NCBI GenBank assembly: GCA_963575745.1
Contig: CAUYUJ010000072.1
Coordinates: 1-64,000 of the forward strand
DNA: 64,000 nt
DNA from: Prorocentrum cordatum
Lineage: Eukaryota
Direction: 5' to 3'
Positions 18,977 to 31,249 of this stretch are shown one piece after another (the stretch's first letter is position 1; each line of letters starts with the position of its first letter). The translations under genes were made by a program, and so were the position numbers. The notes beneath the pieces are model-generated. The model worked only from the letters and a program-made list of their open reading frames with translations, did not search any database and was not told where the DNA came from.

Positions 18977-19872
18977 GAGGCCGCAGCGGGCGCCGCCGGT
19001 GCTTACGCACCTGGCGTGCGCCCGACCCAAGCCGCCGGCTTCGCGCCGTGCGTGCTTGGGTGCAGCCACCAGCCACCTGCCCCGCCGGCGAGTAGCCGCG
19101 CGCTCGCAGGGTACACCCGCCCGTGCCTTCAGCACTGGCTAATACCTCACGGCAAAAGCATGCGTGCAGGTCCGTCCGTCAGGGCCCCACTAGTGCCTGG
19201 GATACTGTGGGTCCCCTTGCAGCCCTGGACGAGGACCACGCTGGAACCCGCCTGGCACGCCGGCTCTCCATGCCAAGCCTGGGCGTGCCGGGCATACTGA
19301 CGCCAGCTGTGCTACAGTAGCTGGCAGTCTGACGGCCCGGGTGGCCGCAGCGCTCGAATTCATGCGCAGGCGCGGGCCCGCGCCCCAGCGCCGGCCCGGG
19401 GAACCCCCTCTGTCAGGGGCCGGACCCTGCCCGCCCCGTGCACTTTGGGCACCTGCGGAGGCGGGGAGCCGGGAGATCTGGAGGCCGCGGCGCAGACGGG
19501 GACGCCAAGTGCCGGCCCGCGCCAAGCGCCAGCGACGACACCCTCGGGCCTCAGCCCGAGGTCGGGCTCCGCCGGCAATCCAGGTACCGGCGCGAGCCCA
19601 AGGCCTAGCCTCACGGAGGACAGCCGCGCGCGCCGGCATCAGTTGCCTGGCGGCAGTCGGCAGACAGGGGGCCAGTCGGGCCCCCACACGCACGCCGGCG
19701 CGCACGCCGGGCGATGCGTGACTCAGTGCCTAGACGGTGCCGGCAACACAACGCCTGGCACCCAGTTTTGGCGACGCCCATCAGGGCGCCCACACAGCAC
19801 GCCGGCGCGTAGCACCCGCCAGGCGGCCAGTGTGCGGGGGCACTGGCAGCAGCACCAGTATTATAGAACAAA

Positions 19873-20100
19873 GGCGGCGAGGCCCGCTTCGCGTGGCGGA
19901 AGGAGGGACCCGCCTGGCGTGTCATCGCCGGCGGGAGGAGCGCGCGGCCAGCGCAGCAGCAAAATGGGGGGGGCTGCACCGCTGCCGCCATCATCGTCAT
20001 CGTCTCCTGAGGGCCCGCTTCAACCGCTTCGCGGCTGGCACGTCCCGCGGCCTTAAAGCAGGCCGCGCTTTCGCTAGCGCCGTACTGTGGGGGCGGGGTC
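19873..20100 (+). repeat. Split direct repeat B1 (228 bp)
   Basis: Matches 20299-20526 with two C/T differences; abuts A2 directly. Confidence 0.97.
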
Positions 20101-20231
20101 TTAGTTGTTTGTCCTAAACGGTTGGACCCCGCCCTCCCCAGTCGGCTTGGGTTTCTTCTCTCCCTGCTCCTGCCTCTGCTTGCCCTTCCCTTTTCCTCTC
20201 TCCCGCTCAAGCCTTCGGGGCTCAAAGCCCT
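20101..20231 (+). repeat. Split direct repeat A2
   Basis: Copy of 4859-4989. Confidence 0.97.
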
Positions 20232-20298
20232 CCCAGGGCCCAAAGGGGCCCTCTTTTGCCCGCCCACCCTGGGCTTTGCCTCGGTGTCCTACGGCACC

Positions 20299-20526
20299 GG
20301 CGGCGAGGCCCGCTTCGCGTGGCGGAAGGAGGGACCCGCCTGGCGTGTCATCGCCGGCGGGAGGAGCGTGCGGCCAGCGCAGCAGCAAAATGGGGGGGGC
20401 TGCACCGCTGCCGCCATCATCGTCATCGTCTCCTGAGGGCCCGCCTCAACCGCTTCGCGGCTGGCACGTCCCGCGGCCTTAAAGCAGGCCGCGCTTTCGC
20501 TAGCGCCGTACTGTGGGGGCGGGGTC
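20299..20526 (+). repeat. Split direct repeat B2 (element 3' end)
   Basis: Copy of 19873-20100. Confidence 0.97.
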
Positions 20527-20910
20527 GGGTCTATCGGGTATAGCCAGGACCCCGGGTAAGGGGGCCCGGTTAGTGGTAGGGCCCTGGGGCCCCTCAATCG
20601 GCCAGATTCATTAAACCAGGTTTGCCGTAACTGGTGTTTTTCGGGTGACGGCAGTTCCGGTTCGTGGAAATGAGGCGGGGGGGCGCCCCCGGTACAAATC
20701 ACTAAACCAGGTTCCACTAAACCCAGTTTTGCCAACGCCCGAGTCTAACTCACCATCAACGCGCACGGTGGATCTATCCCCGCAGTCACCTGACATCTTT
20801 CCTGACAGCGCCGTTCAGGCCTGAGTTCTTGCCAGCCCGTGCGCCCCTGGGGGCGCCCCAGGTACCTGACGTCGGCCACGGAGATGGGCGTGGCGCTCGG
20901 CGGGCTGCTC

Positions 20911-21166
20911 GTTCAAGCAGTGGCGAAGCGTCCCGGCTCGCCTATAGCCCCACCAAACAATGTTCTAAGAACCTTTTGTGGTTCCCACGAAATGTTCTTA
21001 GAACATTTATGTCTGGGACTGTCTTGTTTTAGCACGGGCTTATGTTCTAAGAACATTGTTTTTCCCAACCATCCTGTGGTGTTGGGTCCTCGTTTTGAAG
21101 AGACGGCGCCCCGCGTTCCTCACCTCCTCCTCCTCCTCCCCCCCCCTCCCTCCTCCCATCATCATC

Positions 21167-21198
<32 letters not shown>

Positions 21199-21202
21199 CA
21201 CC

Positions 21203-21236
<34 letters not shown>

Positions 21237-22806
21237 CCACCGATTTCGGCACACCCCTCACACGTTTCGTGGCCCCATAGGGAGCTCCACCGAAGGCCCC
21301 AGTGGCAGGGTCCGCATGCCTCCCCACCACCCATTTCGGCACACCCCTCACACGTTTCGTGCCCCATATGAGCTCCACCGAAGGCCCCAGTGCAGGGTCC
21401 GATGGCCTCCCACCACCGGTATTTCGGCACCATCAGCGTTTCGTGGCCCCATAGGGAGCTCCACCGAAGGCCCCAGTGGCAGGGTCCGCATGCCTCCCCA
21501 CCACCCATTTCGGCACACCCCTCACACGTTTCGTGGCCCCATAGGGAGCTCCACCGAAGGCCCCAGTGGCAGGGTCCGCATGCCTCCCCACCACCCATTT
21601 CGGCACACCCCTCACACGTTTCGTGGCCCCATAGGGAGCTCCACCGAAGGCCCCAGTGGCAGGGTTCGCATGCCTCCCCAAAACCCATGGCACACCCTCA
21701 CACGTTCGTGCCCCATAGGCAGCCCACCGAAGGCCCCATTGGCTCGCGCACGCCCATCCCCCTCCCCACCACCCATTTCGGCACACCCCTCACACGTTTC
21801 GTGGCCCCATAGGGAGCTCCACCGAAGGCCCCAGTGGCAGGGTTCGCATGCCTCCCCACCACCCATTTCGGCACACCCCTCACACGTTTCGTGGCCCCAT
21901 AGGGAGCTCCACCGAAGGCCCCAGTGGCAGGGTTCGCACGCCTCCCCACCACCCATTTCGGCACACCCCTCACACGTTTCGTGGCCCCATAGGGAGCTCC
22001 ACCGAAGGCCCCAGTGGCAGGGTTCGCATGCCTCCCCACCACCCATTTCGGCACACCCCTCACACGTTTCGTGGCCCCATAGGGAGCTCCACCGAAGGCC
22101 CCAGTGGCTGCGTTCGCATGCCTCCCCACCACCCATTCTCGGCACACTCCTCACACGTTCGTGGCCCCATAGGGAGCTCCACCGAAGGCCCAGGGTCCGC
22201 ATGCCTCCCCCACCACCCATTTCGGCACACCCCTCACACGTTTCGTGGCCCCATAGGGAGCTCCACCGAAGGCCCCAGTGGCAGGGTTCGTATGCCTCCC
22301 CACCACCCATTTCGGCACACCCCTCACACGTTTCGTGGCCCCATAGGGAGCTCCACCGAAGGCCCCAGTGGCAGGGTTCGCATGCGCCCACCACCCATCG
22401 TTCGGCACACCCCTTACACGTTTTCGCATGCCCCCACACCAATTCGCACACCCCTCACACGTCGGGCCCAACGAGCTCCACCGAAGGCCCCAGTGGCTGC
22501 GTTCGCATGCCTCCCCAACACCCATTTCGGCACACCCCTCACACGTTTCGTGGCCCCATAGGGAGCTCCACCGAAGGCCCCAGTGGCTGCGTTCGCATGC
22601 CGCCACCCACACCCATTCGGCACACCCCTCAAACGGTTCGTGGCCCCATAGGGAGATCCACCGAAGACGGTACTCACACCAGCATTACTCACAACTGCAT
22701 ATGGTTGGGTCCTTCGCCAGGCTATTTGTTCTTAGAACATTTTTGGGTTCTAAGAACATTTCGTGGTATGACGATAGAAATGCCGGGACGGTCGGTCCCT
22801 GCTCAA
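20911..22806. mobile_element. MITE-like element with GTTCT(A/T)AGAAC iterons, interrupted by the satellite-carrying element
   Basis: 20911-21060 joined to 22725-22806 aligns with the uninterrupted copy at ~43005-43243. Imperfect ~40-bp inverted ends (cgtcccggc / gccgggacg). Confidence 0.7.
21061..22724 (+). mobile_element. Non-autonomous Helentron/DINE-1-like element, copy 1: (CAT/CAC)n tract plus 90-bp tandem array
   Basis: Head ttcccaaccatcctgtggtgttgggtcctcgttttgaagagac and tail actgcatatggttgggtccttcgccagg are shared with four other copies. Array ~21241-22660 has period 90. Confidence 0.75.
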
Positions 22807-23156
22807 CTCGTGGCTCTTCTCATGAGGAGCTCTCCGCGGCAAAGCATGTGGCGCCGCCGCGTGGGCCCGGGATGTGCAGGATGCTAGCGATCGCCGGTCG
22901 CAGCGGAGTTCTTTTCGGAGCGCGACCCTGGTTGGAGGGAGGCGCAGCCGCACCTGTTGGATGCATCGGCACGGTCCCAGCAAGGGAAGGCAGCTTCATC
23001 CCGGGCAACCTCATTGACATCTTGGCAACTCCAACGAATGAGATCGAAGCTTCAATTGTTGTCGCTTCGCGAATCCCCACCAGCCCATCCAGAAACGATG
23101 CCCAGAGGAATTGCCTCGATCAGAGAAGTGGGCAGCACACAGAGGGAGCCATTATG

Positions 23157-24041
23157 AGACATCTTGGGATATCTTGAGCCATCTTGGAGGTCATTTTGGG
23201 CTCTTCCAGACGCTCTTGGAGTCATCTTAATCCGTGCCCCCCCCCAAGAGGCCTCCATGTGGCTAAAACCTGTGTAGAATCAATGATTAGGCATTCTCGC
23301 CGAGGCCTCTTGGAGCATCTTGGGTGCATCTGGGGGGGCTCTTGGGGCCTCTTGGGGGTCTCTTGGGGGCCTCCGGGGGGCCTCTTGGGGGCCTCTTGGG
23401 GCCATTTTGGGGCCATCTTGGGACCTCTTGGGGCTTCCTGGGCGCTTCTTGGGGCCATCTTGGAGGAGATCGATCAAACAAGAGGGGGGGTTGAATTAGC
23501 GCCCCCCCTCGGAAGCCCCTAAAATCGCCTCTTGGACCCCTCTTGGAACGCTCTTGGAGTGCTCTTGGGCGCTCTTGGGGCCGTCTTGGGGCTCTTTTGG
23601 GGCTCTCTTGGGGCCCTCTTGGGCCATCTTGGAGCCATCTCCAGGCCTCGGATGGCCATCGGAAGCGAAAAGGCGAGAAAGCAAAAATCATTGATTTTCC
23701 TTAGTTTTGGGACGATTTTGGCCTCTTCGGGGCCTCCTTGGGGAGCTGTTTGGCCACTTGGAGTTATCTTGGGGCCGTCTTTGGGCTTCTTGGAACCATC
23801 TTAGGAGCCATCGTGAGCGATCTTGCGCTATCTTGAGCCATCTTGGAGCTCATCTTGGGTTCTCTGAGGCGCTCTTGGAGCCGTCTTGGGCCATCTGGAC
23901 GCTCTAACTACCCGCGGCCCCCCCCGTCCAGGTCCAGGGGAGGGGGTAGGGGGAGGGGTAAACCCCTCCCCAAGGGGGAAGAGGGAGGGGTGGAAGAGGA
24001 TCTGCTCTAGACCACCTACGCCCAGAGGGCTGGTGGGATTC
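23157..24041 (+). repeat. Dispersed TCTTGG-rich repeat family, copy 1
   Basis: Degenerate (g/c)tcttggg(g)cc units with blocks catcggaagcgaaaaggcgagaa, ccaggggagggggtagggggagggg and agagggctggtgggatt shared with other copies. Confidence 0.8.
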
Positions 24042-24739
24042 ATCGACGGCTTGGCGAACTCAAAGCAACAATGGTGGCGGAGACCGATGACCACACAAGT
24101 GATTTATTTCAAGAAGTGGTTGGCTGGCAGGAGCGTTTCAACACCAACACCCAGACTGATGACGATTGATTACAAGCTAGACAGGACGCACTCGCCCACT
24201 CCCGGGAACATCTACGGCAACAAATGGTTGAGATGCGAAAGTAGTTGTTTTGCCACGAGCGATCGATACCAACCAAGGATTCTGAGGAGATGGCCGCATT
24301 CGATCACATCTCAGACCCCACCATCCTCGTGACGAGCCTCACCGAGTTTGTGGCCGTCGGAGGCTTCAAGAGATCCCTATCGGACTGGTTGGGGGCAGCA
24401 GGTATCACAGAGGAACTGTACAAAGCGGTGGGCAGCAGCCCGAGCAAACGGTTCGTGCTTCAAATGTGCGGCAACCGGGACTCAGCTCAAAGAACAAAAA
24501 GCGCAGCTAGACTTTCGCTTCGGTTGGAAAGTTAACGCTGGAGACAGTTCGATAAGCGCATGCCCCAGATCATAAAGCATCCCCCCCTTAAGACCTGAGT
24601 GTTGGTTATCTCCTGCCAATACAGTTTTGGTCCGAACTTCATTATCACAGAGGGAAAGTGCGGATCGTTCATTGGATCCCCTTGCTGCGTCATCCTCATG
24701 CACATGAGCATTGCTACCATCATTCAGATCAGAAGCTAC

Positions 24740-26720
<1,981 letters not shown>

Positions 26721-27214
26721 TAACTACTCCGACTATGACTACTACATTCTGTCCCCCCCCACAGGCGATTGACCGGTGTTGGGAAAATGCCCGAGGACTA
26801 GAACGCCTTTTTGAGTTGATTGGGTCTTTGAAAGGAATTCGATAGGTTTGCAGTTTTTTCCCAACATGTTTCGTGGGGTTCTGGTTCTCTTCTCACCCGC
26901 GTCGCACCCGCGTGTTCCTTACTTCCCGTCTCCCCCATTTTCCTCCTCGTCCTTCTTCCCCTTCACCCACACGCAACACATGCACTGCACATGCATCAGA
27001 AACGCGTCTACACGCAGCCGCACACATGCACACACTCGCACACACACAACATACACCATACAACGCTAGTGCACGCCTGGCTTGTCCATAGCACCATACA
27101 CCCAGGACATATGCACAACATACTGGGCACCCACATGAGGCACGCGTCCCGATACGGCCGCACACGCATCAGACACATACACATCACACGCCATACACAA
27201 ATCGCACGCTTAGG

Positions 27215-28165
27215 AAGCGCAGGGCACGGCAGGCATGGCACCTTCTCGACACCAGAGGGAGTGCGTTGGTGGTGGTCCCTGAATGCGGTGTATGTCTACG
27301 ACACTGTCGAAAAGCCTAGCAGGCGTGCCATGTTCGACACAATCGTGGGTGCTCACGAGGTGGTCCCTGAGCGTGGCCGCTATCCGTGCCGGTCGTCCAG
27401 GGCGTAGCAGGCGTGGCACTTTCTGGACACCATGGGGGGTGCCCACGGGGTGGTCCTTGAGCGTGGCCGCTATCCGTGCCGGTCGGGTGCGCAGGAGGTG
27501 GTCCCTGAGCGCGGCCGCTATCCGTGCCGGTCGTGCAGGGCGTAGCAGGCGTGGCATTTGGGGGGAGCGCACGGGGTGGTCACTGAGCGCGGCCGCTATC
27601 CGTGCCGCTCGTCCAGGGCATAGCAAGAGTGGCACTTTCTCGACACCATCGGGGGTGCGCGCGGGGTGGTCCCTGAGCGCGGCCGCTATGCGTGCCGGTC
27701 GTCCAGGGCGTAGCAGGCGCAACACTTTCGACACCATGGGGGGTGCGCACGGGGTGGTCCTTTAGCGCGGCCGCTTTCCGTGCCGGTCGTCCAGGGCATG
27801 GCAGGAGTGGCACTTTCTCGACACCATGGGGGGTGCGCAGGAGGTGGTCCCTGAGCGCGGTCGCTGTACGCGCCGGTCGTCCAGGGCAAAGCAGGAGTGG
27901 TTTTTGTTCGACACCATGGGGGGTGCGCAGGAGGTGGTCCCTGAGCGCGGCCGCTATCCGTGCCGGTCGTCCAGGGCGTAGCAGGCGTGGCACTTTCCCG
28001 ACACCATAGGGGGTGCCCACGGGGTGGTCTCTGAGCGCGGTCGCTATCCGTGCCGGTCGTCCAGGGCGCTGCTGTCGGTGACGGTCGTCCAGGGCATAGC
28101 AGGCATGGCATATTGTCAACACCGCAAGGGGTTCGCACGGGGTGGTCCTTGAGCGCGGCCTCTAT
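27215..28165. repeat. ~90-bp minisatellite (gtggtccctgagcgcggccgctatccgtgccggtcgtccagggc...)
   Basis: gtccagggc recurs at ~27610, 27700, 27789, 27879, 27969 and 28059. Confidence 0.9.
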
Positions 28166-29089
28166 CCTTGACGGTGGTGCCCAAAACACATCTGTACGCA
28201 AGTTTGCTATCCTTGCTGGTCGTGGTCAGGTCACAGGGGGGCGCTGGCGGCGAGGTGCGTGGTATTATCTTCGAGCATGTGTAGCCACCTTGGCTCATGT
28301 CGGCTCAGTCTCGTTCGGGTTTGCACGCAGGCGCGTTCGCGCCAGTGATTGTTCGTCAAAGGTGCGGTGCCCGTCATGGCGCCCAAATGTGCCATGTCCG
28401 TGCTGCCGCCTCCGTGCGAGCAGCCCAAGAATTCCATGCTAGAGATGGGCGCCGCAGTGAGTTTAGATGGTTTACGCGCGCATGTTGAGAGGCATCGGAA
28501 TTGCTTTGTGCGCAGCGCATTTAATGCTTACCAGCGACAGCTTCTAAACTGGTGGCCCGAGACGCCCCTCACCAGGTACGACGAGTTGCTGCGCCAACGA
28601 GGCGCCGACGATGCCAGGAGGCAGTGCTGGGTGAGGTATTGGCTGAGCCCTTCTTCGGGCGGGTTTCCGAGAGACGTTTCTTCCCATTGGCCTGGGGGGA
28701 AGGTGGCTTTTGGCGGCCCGCCGCCAGCGAAGGTTCGGTGAGTGCAGGAGGCTGGTTGGCATCGCGGGCGCTGACCCGGCACCTTCCTCAGGGCAAGATG
28801 CCACTCCTATGAAGACCCCGCCTGCGAAGACCACGCCAACGACGGCTCCGCCCGCGCAGGCTTTCACCCTTCAGCGGTCTCCAGTTGTTCTGCTGGCTAC
28901 TTCTGTTCGTTCCTCCGGCACGCCTCGCGTTGCGGCACCCCCGGCGTCGCAGGGAACGGCCGCCAACATCATTATCACATGCTGGATTTCAGCCGTCACC
29001 ACTCCAGCCAGAATATAAGTACGTGGGATTCCTCGGTGGCGATTTTTGCTGCACTCGCCCCCCCCCATCCCCCCCTCCCCGCCAACAGC

Positions 29090-29915
<826 letters not shown>

Positions 29916-31249
29916 ATATTCTTGCTACGATAATTTCTTTCACCGGGATTACGACTATCTGCTCACACCACTCTTCCCGTCTCCCCCATCGTCAAGTCAT
30001 CATCAAATCAGCATCGTATCATCATGTTCTTCGTCGTCATCATTGGCGCCCTCGTCCTCCTCCTCAATGTCCTCCATGCTGTGACCGGCCGCCGAACGTT
30101 TATTCGCGTTTGTGGACTTTTTGGAATTTATGATCATTCCCAGTGGCGTAGGGTTACGAGAGCAACGGAAGGTGGTCCGGCGAATATTTTTACGTCGTGG
30201 ACAGGGCGAAAGGATAAGTGCACGCAGCAGCGCAGGACAAGCGAGCGTAGCAGATGGCACTGCAGGATATGTTCGGTGCTGCGTTTTTCTCGGTGGGTGG
30301 CGAGGCACAGTGGTCTCTTGAATCGAACGCTTCGTGTGTGGCGGGGGGGGGGTCCGAGAGTGCCGCGCCCGCGAACATTTCATGCGCGGCATGGAACATC
30401 CGAGCGTCGTTGTAACGTAGGAAGGACACGAGGAAGAGAACATGTGACAGGCTGAGAGACACCGGCACATGTCAATCCATGATTGGGTTGCAGGGAGTTC
30501 ACGGGTTTGAGGAAGAGCTCGAAGCCAAGTTTTATTTTCGTCGGTTGTGCAATGCCAGTTCAGCCTCTACTCCTGTACATTACTCGGGGGGGGCGATGAT
30601 CTTTCCAGTTTTCTCCCTTGGCCAGCTTCGAAAAAGATAGGGCACTGAACGCGTCGGATTTTCAGAGCTGGTCCCTGGGCGGGCGCAACGAGTGGCACGC
30701 AGAGAGAGAAATACTGACAACAGAGAGGAAACACCGCTGGTCTGGTCAATAAATACGATTCCGGACTACCAGCCGAACAGTCACATCTGCTTGCAAATTG
30801 CATCTGGTCTTGAATTTGAACGGTCAGGCAGAGTCACGGTGGTCGCGTTGGGGGACGTACTATCACGAAGCGGTGTTTGCGTATCTTCGCGCGCCCAAGA
30901 TTGACAGCGGATCGTTGTCCAAGGCGAGGGGTCTTGAACGATGTGCCGCATTGTCGGAGGCACTCATGGAGATGACCGGGTTAGACACGCAACGGCCGAC
31001 ACAGCGCATTGCCGAAGATGAGAGGTCCCACCAAATAGACAAGCTCACGAGTCCGACCCCGCCATGGCAATTATTGCAGTGGAACATGACAGATACAGTG
31101 ACGACTGACCTAGGGCCGTGGTCTTCGCCAAGCGACGTCGCACGCTTGTCGGTTTCGCCCGCCCGACGACCAGGCCACCCCGAGTTTCGCATGCCAGTCA
31201 GCGGGCGTCCAGCAGACGCCCCGCGCGCTCCTCGAGCTGGCAGGTAGAC

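Larger units (their letters stand above)
4859..20526 (+). mobile_element. Full-length tyrosine-recombinase retrotransposon (DIRS order, PAT/Ngaro-type split direct repeats), 15,668 bp
   Basis: A1-ORFs-B1-A2-spacer-B2 repeat layout. Encodes RT, RNase H and tyrosine recombinase. No LTRs, no DDE integrase and no target-site duplication seen. Confidence 0.95.

Noticed and set aside
4859..20231. A1/A2 read as the LTRs of an LTR retrotransposon
   Set aside because: No TG...CA ends, TSD or DDE integrase; the B1/B2 pair and YR give a split-direct-repeat element.
20839..22887. 682-aa ORF and similar long ORFs over arrays (56586-57914, 25082-26503, 58813-59712)
   Set aside because: They arise from stop-free tandem repeats and are open in several frames.
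24245..24535. Possible LINE ORF1 remnant
   Set aside because: Protein-like, but short and without a diagnostic motif.
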